Part shown: positions 28,480 to 41,250 of the stretch, in pieces
Layout: every line of letters starts with the position of its first letter
Position numbering within the stretch: position 1 is the stretch's first letter
DNA from: Macrostomum lignano
Lineage: Eukaryota
DNA: 64,000 bases
NCBI GenBank assembly: GCA_002269645.1
Contig: NIVC01000382.1
Coordinates: 577,169 to 641,168, forward strand
Direction of reading: 5' to 3'
Made by a program: the position numbers and the translations under genes
The notes under the pieces: generated by a model
Database searches by the model: none
The model's input: the letters and a program-made list of their open reading frames with translations, nothing else
Told to the model about the DNA's origin: nothing

Positions 28480-28900
28480 GGTTGCTAGGCCAGCCTCCCA
28501 GATCCTCAGTTGCTGGGCCAGCCTCCCAGATCCTCAGTTGCTGGGCCAGCCTCCCAGATCCCTAGTTGCTGGGCCAGCCTCCCAGATTCCCAGTTGCTGG
28601 GCCAGCCTCCCAGATCCCTAGTTGCTGGGCCAGCCTCCCAGATGCTCAGTTGCTGGGCCAGCCTCCCAGATCCTCAGTTGCTGGACCAGCCTCCTATAGA
28701 GTGTCAGTTGCTGGACCAGCCTCCTAGAGTGTCAGTTGCTGGACCAGCCTCCCAGATCCCCAGTTGCTGGACCAGCCTCCTAGAGTGTCAGTTGCTGGAC
28801 CAGCCTCCTAGAGTGTCAGTTGCTGGACCAGCCTCCCAGATCCCCAGTTGCTGGGCCAGCCTCCCAGATCCTCAGTTGCTGGGCCAGCCTCCCAGATCCT
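28480..28900. repeat. 28-bp minisatellite (CAGTTGCTGGGCCAGCCTCCCAGATCCT) downstream of BBS7 stop
   Basis: About 15 copies in two variants. Confidence 0.93.
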
Positions 28901-30316
28901 ATTCTACTCTCAGCGGCAAAGTTTTTATTGTACAATTATTGTCATATTGGCTTGTAACTTTAGGAATTATACCTATATTTAGAATATTTGCGTTCTTTAT
29001 GCTCTCTCTGATGTTTGCAAATACATTAAAGGTGAGATCAACCCTGCTCACTTTGCAATTTTACGCACTCTTGAAAGGGACTAAAAAATTTAATATCGGG
29101 TCAACAGTTTGTTGCAATGCTTATAATGTTTATTTCACCTTCAGTTAGACGTGTAGCTTCTTATAATGGGGCACGGGTGCATGCACCAATGGATCTTGAC
29201 CGTTGCACCTTGCAAGCCTAGAACTTCTGCGTCGAGCGCTACACACATGTTCGCATTACGTGAAACGGCAGAAAAAAAGTGCTAATTTATGTAGGCCACT
29301 TGCAATGCAACTACGTTCCGCCTATCTCAGCAGTAGTTTTCAACTGTTTCTGTGGCGCTTGAAGAGCTCCCGAATCTGTCGTTAAATGTGTTTTAAAATC
29401 GTAAATAAAATGCCTCTATGCCTCTCTGACAACTTCAATGTCGGGTATCAAGTTTCTATTCAATGAGGCACTGAGCCAAACACACATTTTCTCATGAATT
29501 TAGGCTGGAAAATAATGATTTCGAGCCGTTGAACAATGAGCGTACAGCGTGGGAAAATGTCTCGCTCGATCGTTAACTGCAAAGAGTACTGAGACCTCCT
29601 CAACACCTTTGTTTTACTGGCTTGGAGCAGGGTCCTCCGCTATAAACCTCGTCTTAAAATTCAACAGCGTTTTCAGAACTGGTCGAATCTTGAAAAAACT
29701 GTTTTTAGAACGAACTTCAAACTTCTGATAGAATCTATAACAGCTTTTTCTGACAAGGTAAGTATAGCCTCTCTGCTGACTTAGTAGACTCAAGTCTACA
29801 CAGAATATTCTCTTTCTTAGCTGAGCAGCTGGTACCTTATACATGACTTTCTAATGGACGTTGTTACTTGACACTAACTACTATGTAAAGCCTGCTATAC
29901 GCAACTCTCAGAGATCTGTTTTGACTACTTCATCTGGAGATAATTCAGAACCATGATGGTTTGCTTTACAACCGTTGCATCTCAAAGTGAATCGCTTCTC
30001 ATGTGTTGGCATCGCTGAATGTTATTATAATGACAATTGTGTTGAAGTATTTGATGCACTGGTGGCCACCTAACCCCATGCAATGTAAAGACGTAACGGT
30101 AACCGGCTCTTTTTACGTTGGGCAGCTTCAGTAAAATATCAATAGCAGCTCAAACAGTTATTGCGATCATGACATCTATAGTTTGTATTTATGGCAGTTT
30201 ATCACAGAGGTGCATGTACCTGCTTAGAGTAATATAAAATCCGATCACCTTTTAATACGTATTTTAATCGGGAATTCGCAGTGTATGGCAGAAAGGATCA
30301 TTAAATCATTCAGCGG

Positions 30317-31960
30317 GCTCAGTACAAGGATGACTTAAGTAGGACGGAAAACCTAGTTTCTTGGAACATTTTTGAAGGCAGTTTTTTCCGAAAAAAATAC
30401 ACTACGGAGGTAGGAACTTTTCATTTTCTCAGCACAAAAAATTGTTATTGCTTTTGTAGTACTACTCCTCCTCGGGTTCTTGAAGATGTTCCTAGAAATA
30501 GAACCCGCTACTCCTGAAGTAGCTAGATAGCACCGTTGTACTACCTATCGATTTGCCTGAAAATGAACCTAAAACGTTAGCCTTGACTTGGTAGGGTTGC
30601 TGCCACCTTGGTGTGCGGACTCGACGCGTCGGCAGAGTTGTCTATCCGTCACCTGAAATAAAATAACGAAGTCGCTCGGAGCAAAGGCAAATCTGAAAAA
30701 TGTCTCGACAGTCGATCGTCTTAGTAGAATGCTGCTCGAACCTGAAAACCTGTAAAACCTGAAATGAGAGAGGAGAGCTCGGAGGTAGAGAGGCAGCTCC
30801 GGTCGAGCCCAGGCAGGACGACGCGATCGGTTCCGCGTTGCTCCACGATCTGGAGAAAAATGGCTCGCAGATGCTCCGTATTTATAGCCGAGCGGACCCC
30901 CAAAAGTCACGTGAGTTTCATGCGGTGAGCGCGTGAAACTTCCTTATTTGGTTACTAAAATCATGCGAGCGACGCGTGATTCAAGGCCAACTTCCAAATA
31001 AGGCAACCCTGTCACGCAGCAGTGGCGTGACTCAAGGTCAGTGGCCACGCACAGTGTGCGTGCACAGCCACGTGCTTTTCTGTGCTAAAAATAGAACTTG
31101 GGCGGATGAGTCATCCTGTTTACTCCCTCTAGGCAGCCCTTACACTCCGCGCAGGTGATGAGTCATCCTGCTACGCCTCCTCAGCGCGAGTGGGAAGACA
31201 TTGAGTGTGGCTGCCCACGCCTGCTCAGGCGATGAGTCATCGGGCAGTAAACACTTAGGCCCAGCAGAGGGTGTATCTCTCACTAGATCAGGTGGACTGA
31301 GCTACTGTGCAGCGGACCACAGCACTCTTAGGGAAAGCTAGTGAATGCTGCTGAATAACCAGTTAGCAGCCAGTCACTACACTTTTGATAGGAGGCAGAT
31401 CCAGTGTTCATATTTTGATATGTTGTGCCTTTCTCATTGCTCTATCGATATTCATAAAGCTTTTCGTTCAGAAAATTAAGATTCGATGCTAAATTTTTAT
31501 CTTACGTAAATATCCTGTATCTAAAAATTATAAAAATGCATTGCGCAGCTCTGATGTTTGGTTTTATGAATCTATTTTATCATTTCTACTACACATATTG
31601 TTACACCCTCAGCTAAAAATGATAAAATAGACTTTAAAAAAACCAAAAAGCCGAGCTGTGCTATTTTAATGATTTTTAGGCACAAAAAGACACGTGCAAA
31701 TTTACGTAGAATAAAAAATTAACATGGAATCTTAATTTTCTGAACGAAAAGCTCTATGAATATCAATAGAGCAATAAGAAAGGCACAGCATATCAAAAGA
31801 TAAACACTGGATCTGCGTCCTATCGAAAGCAATAACAATTTTTGTGCTGGAAAAATGAAAACTTCCTATCTCCGTAGTGTTTTTTTCTCGAAAAAACTGC
31901 CTTAAAATTTTCCAGGAAATGAGGCTTCCGTCCTTCTACTTAAGTCGTCCTTGGCTGAGC
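30317..31960. mobile_element. Foldback/MITE-like element with long inverted arms, left arm split by a solo LTR
   Basis: 30317-30454 joined to 31386-31510 is the imperfect reverse complement of ~31690-31960. Confidence 0.75.
30455..31381 (-). mobile_element. Solo LTR (927 bp)
   Basis: TGTAGT...ACTACA termini and a 4-bp TSD CTTT (30451-54 / 31382-85). Removing it restores collinearity with the foldback right arm. TATAAATA lies on the minus strand at 30879-30886. Confidence 0.82.
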
Positions 31961-33446
31961 ATCGAAAAACAACTTTTGACCATAGACTATAAAGACCCAT
32001 AGATTCAGGGACATGAAAGTCAGAAGGAAAATTCCTTTATTATTTACCAGAACACAATACAATAGGAAGAACTCTAAACAGTATAAGATATATTAATCAA
32101 GTTACGCACGGCTGCACTGACAGTTGCAGGTACAGAGATGAAGTTAATGACAGGGAAAAGCCGCTCTATCATAAGTCAAAATCCTCCAGAGATTAAACCT
32201 CAATTCAGCTTCCGGAAACAGCCTGAAACGAAAGATGAAGAACGCTCCCTGTGCCCGAACCGTGGTTGCGACATACAGGCACACGTCGAGTTGAATAGCC
32301 AATATTGTCACGGTTAACTCGTCCATTTTGAAGTTGAATTTCAAGGAATTGAGGGGATGATAATCAAAATAAAAAAACAGATTGCTTCATTAGGCCTTTC
32401 ATCTTGCCTTGAAGATGCAACTTAGAAACCACAAGCGTATGCGGTGCGGCCTTCAGACACGTTGATTCATTCCACACATAATTAGGGCCACAAATATGAG
32501 CAAGGGCGATTGATTTTTTCGTGCAAATAAACAAGTCGTATATAGCCGTGTAGGGACACATCCGTATACGTGAATTTTTAATGAGTTGTCCCTCGCCTAT
32601 ATTTTGTAGTTGCTACCTGTACTTTAAAATGAAATACTCTTCGGCTAGCAGGGATTAACTGGTCTTAGAATGAATATATAGACTTGTTTTCTGCTCGGCT
32701 GACGTAAATATTATTCAAAATAAGAAAAAATCTCTATGAAACAGTTGTTTATGGAATCGCCTTTAGGGAGCCAATAAAAAAATTTCAACTCCTTTCATGT
32801 ATGGAGTTCGAAATTATAGATAGGTCAAGATATTTTAGGATGTTTAGGAAAAGTACTCGTGGGATATTATGCCTGGGAACATAAACTTTCAAGAGGGAAC
32901 TGCATAAAATATCAGGTGCAAAGCAAAAACTCATTTGTGAGTATCAACACGGAACACCTGCAAGCCAAATTAACAGGAAAAGCATTGAAACTGGAGTAGG
33001 ATAAAATATTTACAACAAAGCAAGTACAGACTGCATCTACGCAACTTAAAGCAACACTATGAAATTAAGAAGCAGCAGCTATAAAACACGGTTGCCATGC
33101 AATCCAGGCGACTATTGCTCTGCTATTATTCGAGCATAAAGTGTACTAAACAGTGTACTATATTGACGCTGTATATGCATTTGTATGATCATGTAAAATA
33201 GCTTTGGACAGTTTTCAGGGTAAAAGCCCAAGGAAAATATGCATCATCCATGACACCAACGACATCAATAACATTAAAAGCTAGACTCCTGTCAAAAGTT
33301 TACTTGAAGAAGGCTCTTGAACGTGTTTGGGCCTGAAGATCAGACCCACAATTCGAAGAGCGCACAGAATGTCGTGTGATCCGACTCTATTACCCAATTG
33401 ATTGTGTAGCATTAGTTAAATTAGTGTAAGATAGCAATAAAAAAGC

Positions 33447-34931
33447 TCAAACATTGTTTCTTTCATCTGTGCCGCCTTCTGGCTCAGCCTGCAGAGCTTG
33501 CAGTTCAAAATCTTCCGCGGCCGCCTCCTCGTTGCCGTCGTTAATCGGAGTGCGAATATCCGATGGCTGCTTTGACTTACAGATAGTGAAGCATTGGACC
33601 TTGTGCGACAGCAGGTAGATAGCCAGATTCAGACTGGAGTCCAGCATTGTGGCCAGGTGCGCCACGTGGACCAGGTGACGGGCGGCCTGATTGGGTAGCG
33701 AGCTTCCCAGCAGTCCAGCAAAGCTTGCGGGCATCTCGCAGATGAGAAACACAAGCGTGAGCACCAGCAGCAGCCGGTCGGCCGTCCGATTCCGGCAGAG
33801 AGCACTGTTGACACCGGGCCTAGAGGCGTTGAACTGCTGGCGGCGCCGGCGCAGGAAGAGGACCACCCGGATGTTGCTCAGCGTCACCAGCAACACCGGC
33901 AGCAGCGTGGACACCAAGTAGCTGGCAGTCACCAGGATCCGTTTAATAGTTTTATAGTCATTCAGCCAAGTGGCCTGCTGACTCAGCCGGAGAGTGTCTG
34001 AGCACACAACGACGTTGTACTGCAACATTTTCGGCAGACTCACGCACAGGCAGACTGGCAGCAAGATGCAGTGCCAAGTGACGGCGCCACGGGCAGCGAG
34101 CAGACTTGGCGAAATGTGCGGATAATGAATCTTCTGGTAGCGGGCGAAGGATAGAAAGGCCACCGACCAGTTTCTTAGGCTGAGGAAGCCTTGGCTGAGG
34201 AACAGAGCGGCCCAGAATGCACCAGCAATGATTTTGCCGTCCTGTGGGCGTTTGGCGACGTGGTTAAGTTCATTAATTATTCATTTACCCTGTAGGATTT
34301 GTAAATGCCCTATTATGCTTGTTTTCCCTCCGATGACCAATTTTAGCTTTCAGTTTTAAAATTTTTCCATTTACGAGCTAATCAGGAAGATGTGCTCCGT
34401 ATGTTGCTATGGTGATGTTGTGTGGCTTCAAGCTTGTTTTAAAATACTGGGAAAAGATCTGGAATAGCGACGTCATTTCCGAGTAGCTCTTTGTAAAGAG
34501 GAAACACTTCTGTCCCACAGTCAGCCAAATTTGCTGGCTGTACTAGAACAATACAATTTTGTGAGGCCTACCTGCAGCGAAGCCATTTCCTGTTGACGCA
34601 GGCCGTAGGTCCAGATAAATGTCTGATAGATGAGCTGACTGGAGTTGAAGGCCACCTCTGCTGAGCACAGTCCCTGCAGCAGGTGCACCAGCTGCATCTG
34701 GCAGCGTGTGAGAATCTGGCGAAACAGAAGCAAACTGCAAAAGTTTGTGACGATGTTCAGAGCCGCCAGCATCATTAAGCCAGCCGTATAAATCATGATG
34801 AAAGACGGCGGTGCATTGCCAACTTTTGCATCTAAGCTGCTGTTGGTAGAATTGGCATCAGCGGTCTCGTTGTCAATGCCGCAGGTCATGATGACCACCA
34901 GCTCTATTGAATGATTGTTCTTCCCGGACAT
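33447..34931 (-). CDS. Orphan class-A (rhodopsin-like, peptide-receptor-like) GPCR, 2 exons, ~384 aa
   Basis: Exons 34931-34572 and 34241-33447 (GT-AG, phase 0). Seven hydrophobic segments, N-terminal NxS/T sites, TM3 end SFARY, TM6 FLICEMPA, TM7 LDSSLNLAIY. Confidence 0.85.
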
Positions 34932-35842
34932 TTCCTACCGCTATGAAATGAAGGAAAAATGCAGTTTTATATTTTAAAAACTCTATTTCTATATCTGCAA
35001 GATGCGGATCTTCTTCTGAGATGCTGGCTCATATATATACACTGAGTTCTGCGAGACGCCCCCGTGCTGTAGCCAATCTCAATCAACCTGAGCCTGCTCG
35101 AAGCCAAGCAGCCTATTAGGAGAGCTTCATCATGGAGTCCTAGACTAGTGAATCTGGAACAGGAGCAGATGTCTGAATGGGACTTTATTCCAATTCACGC
35201 ACAAGACAGATTAAAAAAGTGCGCTCATTCTGATTAATAAATGTAGAGGTTCAATCCAGAAAACTGGCACGTAAAATGTGACACGAATCAAATAAATTTA
35301 TTTTCTCCATATCGCATCATCGGGATGTTAAAATCTTTAGGCTTATCGATAACTTTTACAGTACCTTACCTCTATCGCAAAGTCGGCTTCTTATACTTAG
35401 CACAATATTGAATTGCAACCTAAACCAGTAAGTGACACAAAATTAATACTCCGTTCTCCGAATACCGATTTTAATTATGCATACTGATAACTAAGTATTG
35501 ATGAAGTGATTGCGGACTGCAATATTGGGTTTTTCATCCAAGCACAGGGCATGCAGTTTTACTTTCATAAGTTAGTAGACTAATAGTGCAACTTATACTT
35601 TGTAACAAAATATCTGATTGTTTAAACAAGACTGCCTTACCAATAAATAAAGGTAATTACGGCCAACTTGCCCTGTTGGGCTACCCGTTCCGTGATGGGT
35701 TACAATTGCGCGTAAGGCAAATCAATAAGTTTTTTTGAAAAATGCTCTGCAATTTGATAGCAAATAAAATTGGATGCATTTCATGTCTTGAATTTTTCAG
35801 TGTTTGCATGTGTCTACATGTTGATGTACATTTAACGGTCTG

Positions 35843-36365
35843 GTGCCCCACGTGGAAGAGGACCTCCGGCGGCGCATTGGACTTGCCTGGGTGGCCTTTC
35901 GTTCGATCCGAGCCGTCCTCCAGTCCGAAGCGCTGCCCGACCGCCAGAGGGCTCGGCTGTGGCAGGCGGTGGTCGAAACCGTCCTGCTATACACGCCGAA
36001 ACGTGGACGCTGACGGCTACGCTAGTCGAGCGGCAGCTGGACTCGGCGCACTCAGGGCTGCTCCGTGCGGCCTTTCGAGTTGACGAGAGCGTCGGGACCG
36101 AGGCCCTGTACGATCGGGCCAAGCTGCAGCGCCCGTCCATCATTCTGCGCCGGCGGCGACTCAACTGGCGGGTCACGTGATCCGGGCCGAGGGCTACTGC
36201 CCCCAACCTGTTCAGGACGTCCTGCTGCTCACCTTGCAGGGTCCGTTTAGGCGGGGTCAGGCCCGAACCCATCGATACGTGGACTGCCTGCTGTGCGACG
36301 CTGGGGCGCCCGACACTGCCAACGGAGCGGACTTTAATGTTCGCTCCCAGGCTCTGCGGCGCGCC
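35843..36365 (+). mobile_element. 5'-truncated RTE-clade LINE fragment (RT C-terminus/thumb), frameshifted
   Basis: Conceptual translation EEDLRRRIGLAWVAF...LWQAVVETVLLY/AETWTLT...LYDRAKLQRPSIILRRRRL/LAGHVIRAE...RRGQAR, which is the typical RTE ORF end. Confidence 0.8.
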
Positions 36366-37760
36366 ATCTGACGCGCCCTGCTCTAACCGTGACTGTGTGC
36401 ATGCGGGGTCGCGTATTTTGTTGTTGTGCCCGATATTGCACTCCAACCTCGTTACGTGTCTGCGCCAACCCCCAGCAGCACACTATGAAAACGGTACCCA
36501 ATTCAAACAGCGTCCCAAAGTCACGCCACCCAGAGACATTTTTAGATATACACGGGTGAAAAAGAGTAAAGTGACTCTAGACGACTCGAGAACGATGAGT
36601 TGTCACGGTACAAGTCGCCAAAAAGTCGCATAAGAGTCACCTTGAGGCATTTTATTGTCTACGACTCTAAAACGACTCTAGAGTCACTGTGGAGTCACTG
36701 AGTTGCCTCTAAAGCTTTGCATCTGCGGCTCTTTATGAATTAGAATCGCATTTCGCATTTAGAGCACCTCTATTTAGTCTACTTGAGTCAGTAGAAAGTT
36801 AAGCGCTAACACAAAAGCTCTTGGACGACTTTTTCGAGACTCTTTTACGATTCTGCAACTCACGTGACGCGCTCCTGACTCGACAGTCGCCTCAAAATCG
36901 CATTGCAGTTGTTTGAATGGTTAAAAAATCACAAGACTTGCCCCAGAATCGCTTGAGTTACTATAGAGTTGCTTGGAATGACACCTTATAATTAAGCGAT
37001 TCTTGTTTCAGAAACGCGCTTTTAACGGGTGCATCCACCTCCCCATTCTTGCAGCCACAGTTACAGCAGCTCACTGGGTCCACTGAGCTTTTCCGGCCGA
37101 GGTTTGCCCGCAGTGCTTTTTGTAGCACAGTTTTCCACGCTGCAGAGGAAATTAAATTCTTTTGCGGGCAAATCTCCAGCTCCCTGATTGGCTGCCCCAC
37201 CCTTTTCTACCACCTTTTGTCTCTAGCCCTGAAGCTCGTGCTAAACAGCTAGGATTGCATGTAGGAGTCGAGTGTCAAGTATCAAACTCAAGGACAGACT
37301 CGAGGCCCACTCTTGAGTGTCTTGACTACTGGCCCTTTATCCTTGACGAAGTAGTGTCACAACGTATGTATAAAATTTATAAAAGTAATTAAGGTAGTTT
37401 TTAGTTGCGTAGGTGTTCCGTGGCTGTTTGCTAATTATTATCTCATTGGGACTAATGAATATGCATAAATTAAATTTATGATTACCAGTGGCATGTCGTT
37501 CATTCTATCGATTGACCGTAGGACAAATTTGAAGTCGAAGGGAAAGCGATTTTAGACAGAATCATTGTCTTACTGAACCCGATGGAATGCTATCCATGCC
37601 ATAGCTAGCGAAGAAACTGCTTGTATTATCATACTTCGTCGCAACGGAACGAAGCAAATAGAAAATGGCATACATTGCAGGTACAAGAGTAAATATGAAG
37701 AACATACGGGCAAATAAAGTTGCATGTAAGTGAATGAAAAAAATATTAACAGCAGTTCGA

Positions 37761-37900
37761 TTACAGTTTCAGCAACCAGTTAGCCGAGTGCCACTTAAAG
37801 AAGCACGGCTCCAGGCAAAGCCCAGGCTGACCGTCACAGGTTTGGCAGAGGTGAACGGTAGCGGGTAGATTTTCCAGCCAGTGATGGATGCCGCATGGCT
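37761..37900 (-). mobile_element. piggyBac transposase C-terminal Cys-rich domain relic
   Basis: CQPC...HLCQTCDGQPGLCLEPCFFKWH matches the piggyBac/PGBD C-terminal pattern C..C...PGLC..PCF..(Y/W)H. Confidence 0.65.
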
Positions 37901-38317
37901 GACAGGGAAGAACCTGACGCTTAACTTTGGATCGACCATTTCCGCTGGTTTCAGTCAAGTGCTTTACACACCTTTCAGTGTAGTTGGGAAAGCTCATCGA
38001 TCCACCTAGATCAGTTATTTCCAGCTACATGAACGATAGCTCATCAATGGCTTAATAAAAAACTCAGCACTCTAGCCACGATTTAGCTACGCGTAGAATT
38101 TATAAACTTATATTATTTATAAAGTCACTTCGCATTCTCGATAAAGTCCAAGGACTGATTTTTCTAGATTTTCTATCCCTCGGATATTCCGCTCCTTTTT
38201 GTCGATGCTTTCCGAGCGGATTTCGAACAGCTGCGCTTTAGAATTTGAAGTATCTCCAGCGTCATTATGAGATACGTTGTTTATGCTAGGCGCACGGGGT
38301 CATAATATTAATTAATT

Positions 38318-38510
38318 ACACCTGCCCCAGTTGGGCCAGATGTGCAACCGACAGCTCAGCCGCAGCTATTGCGCGGCGCATCTGAAGACTGCGTACGGCT
38401 GTTCAGTCCAAGGACTGGGGGGTCGCCATGCACACACCCTCAATTACCCCAGCTAATGCTGGCACCCATTTTACAGCTGGGTGAACTGAAGCAATGCATA
38501 GTTGAGTTAA
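38318..38510 (-). mobile_element. SINE family 1, 5'-truncated copy
   Basis: Reverse complement of 39650-39835. Confidence 0.88.
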
Positions 38511-38570
38511 AAGTTAAGAGCAGTCAATGCAATGCAGGCTGAAGAACAGCCTAGACCCTAGTGGTTAGAG

Positions 38571-39569
38571 CAGGGGTCAGCAACCTCCGGCCCTCGGGTA
38601 CTTTAAAATTTCAAAATAGCAATCTCTCTTTTCTCTTCTCTCCCCTATCCTCTTTTCTCTTCACTCCCCTATCCTCTTTTCTCTTCACTCCCCTATCCTC
38701 TTTTCTCTTCTCTCCCCTATCCTCTTTTCTCTTCACTCCCCTATCCTCTTTTCTCTTCTCTCCCCTATCCTCTTTTCTCTTCTCTCCCCTATCCTCTTTT
38801 CTCTTCTCTCCCCTATCCTCTTTTCTCTTCTCTCCCTATCCTCTTTTCTCTTCTCTCCCCTATCCTCTTTTCTCTTCTCTCCCCTATCCTCTTTTCTCTT
38901 CTCTCCCCTATCCTCTTTTCTCTTCTCTCCCCTATCCTCTTTTCTCTTCTCTCCCCTATCCTCTTTTCTCTTCTCTCCCCTATCCTCTTTTCTCTTCACT
39001 CCCCTATCCTCTTTTCTCTTCTCTCCCCTATCCTCTTTTCTCTTCACTCCCCTATCCTCTTTTCTCTTCTCTCCCCTATCCTCTTTTCTCTTCTCTCCCC
39101 TATCCTCTTTTCTCTTCTCTCCCCTATCCTCTTTTCTCTTCTCTCCCCTATCCTCTTTTCTCTTCACTCCCCTATCCTCTTTTCTCTTCTCTCCCCTATC
39201 CTCTTTTCTCTTCACTCCCCTATCCTCTTTTCTCTTCTCTCCCCTATCCTCTTTTCTCTTCTCTCCCCTATCCTCTTTTCTCTTCACTCCCCTATCCTCT
39301 TTTCTCTTCTCTCCCCTATCCTCTTTTCTCTTCTCTCCCCTATCCTCTTTTCTCTTCACTCCCCTATCCACTTTTCTCTTCTCTCCCCTATCCTCTTTTC
39401 TCTTCTCTCCCCTATCCTCTTTTCTCTCTCCCCGCTATTCCCTCTTTCCCCTCTTCTCTCGTTTCATCCCATCTGTCATCTTCTATTTCCTTCTCTTCTC
39501 TCACCTGTCCCGCAGCCATGAGCTGGATTCCTTATCTGGCCCTTGATTAAAAAACTTTGCTGACCCCTG
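38571..39569. mobile_element. hAT-type MITE (999 bp) carrying an internal satellite
   Basis: 13-bp TIRs CAGGGGTCAGCAA / TTGCTGACCCCTG. Target duplication GTTAGAG at 38564-70 and 39570-76 (8 bp GGTTAGAG if the terminal G is shared). Confidence 0.8.
38620..39440. repeat. 24-bp CT-rich satellite (CTCCCCTATCCTCTTTTCTCTTCT), ~34 copies
   Basis: Direct inspection; lies inside the MITE. Confidence 0.97.
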
Positions 39570-40554
39570 GTTAGAGCGTCGGATTCGTGACTTGAAAGTC
39601 GGGGGTTCGATTCACGATCCCAACTGGAACAATGTGTCCTTGAGCAAGACACTTGACTCTGCACTGCTTCAGTTCACCCAGCTGTAAAATGGGCGCCAGC
39701 ATAAGCTGGGGTAATTGAGGGTGTCTGGCGACCCCCAGTCCTTGGACTGAACAGCCGTACGCAGTCTTCAGATGCCGCGCAATAGCTGCGGCTGAGCTGT
39801 CGGTTGCACATCTGGCCAACTGGGGCAGGTGTAATCTATTATTATTAGGCACACGGACACTACAAATGGAATTTACTCAAGTTGCAGGCTTGCCGGATTT
39901 TCGTCAATCTAAATTTAAAACACGACGGCAAGATTTTATTACTTTGCTAGCAATGAATTGTAAACCAGCTTTATAAAGATTTTAGACCGTAGCCGTCTGA
40001 ATGCCCTAAAGGTATATCCGGTCGAAGGCCAAAATAATTTTAAAATGGAGAAATTTATCCGCCTACTGAAGTTTTTCCTATTCCAACTCCTGCTAGGAGA
40101 GGCAAAGACAGCACAGAAAGCAGTCGCAGGGAAAATTTATTACTAAATATTACTGCATAGAGCACGTACAATTGAAATTGAGACGCGAGCAATATTGATC
40201 GGCAAATGGTGTCAACAAACAGTTTTTTGTGCAAATAATAACAACATTTCAATATGCAATAAAGTTCAAAATATACATAATGACAATAGTGCGTTTTACC
40301 GCAATTAAAGCAATAAGAATTAGATTTAGTATATGTGAATAAATAGAACAGAAAACTACCATAATATCATGACTTTTATGGAAAATATATAAAAGAAATG
40401 TTTTCTACTGCAGTTACCGGCGTAGCATATATTTGCATCAGGTGTTGGGAGAGACACGGATAGGACACTCATCCGATTTTCTACGACGAAGCCGCTGCAT
40501 ATTTATATTCAACTAAATTATTGTAACTGGCATGATTTCATTGCCAAAAGACAA

Positions 40555-41250
40555 AGCTAGAACTGCACCCCGCAATCACGCGACCGCCACCCCATTTTCT
40601 CAAGTTTAGGCTAGAACTGCACCCCGCAATCACACGACCACCACCCCATTTTCTCAAGTTTAGGCTAGAACTGCACCCCGCAATCACACGACCACCACCC
40701 CATTTTCTCAAGTTTAGGCTAGAACTGCATCCCGCAATCACACGACCACCACCCCATTTTCTCAAGTTTAGGCTAGAACTGCACACCCCGCAATCACACG
40801 ACCACCACCCCATTTTCTCAAGTTTAGGCTAGAACTGCACCCCGCAATCACACGACCACCACCCCATTTTCTCAAGTTTAGGCTAGAACTGCACCCCGCA
40901 ATCACACGACCACCACCCCATTTTCTCAAGTTTAGGCTAGAACTGCACCCCGCAATCACACGACCACCACCCCATTTTCTCAAGTTTAGGCTAGAACTGA
41001 ACCCCGCAATCACACGACCACCACCCCATTTTCTCAAGTTTAGGCTAGAACTGCACCCCGCAATCACACGACCACCACCCCATTTTCTCAAGTTTAGGCT
41101 AGAACTGCACCCCGCAATCACACGACCACCACCCCATTTTCTCAAGTTTAGGCTAGAACTGCACCCCGCAATCACACGACCACCACCCCATTTTCTCAAG
41201 TTTAGGCTAGAACTGCACCCCGCAATCACACGACCACCACCCCGTTTTCT
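40555..41250. repeat. 54-bp minisatellite, ~13 copies, downstream of PNISR stop
   Basis: Unit CTAGAACTGCACCCCGCAATCACACGACCACCACCCCATTTTCTCAAGTTTAGG. Confidence 0.97.

Larger units (their letters stand above)
38545..39835 (+). mobile_element. SINE family 1, full-length tRNA-derived CORE-like SINE interrupted by a MITE
   Basis: A box CTAGTGGTTAGAGC (split by the insertion), B box GGTTCGATTC (~39605), and a CORE-like body TGTGTCCTTGAGCAAGACACTT...CCCAGCTGTAAAATGG. Confidence 0.8.

Noticed and set aside
32144-32344. 66-aa minus-strand ORF as a third GPCR exon or small gene
   Set aside because: The GPCR already ends at 33447. There is no recognisable similarity and no convincing splice context.
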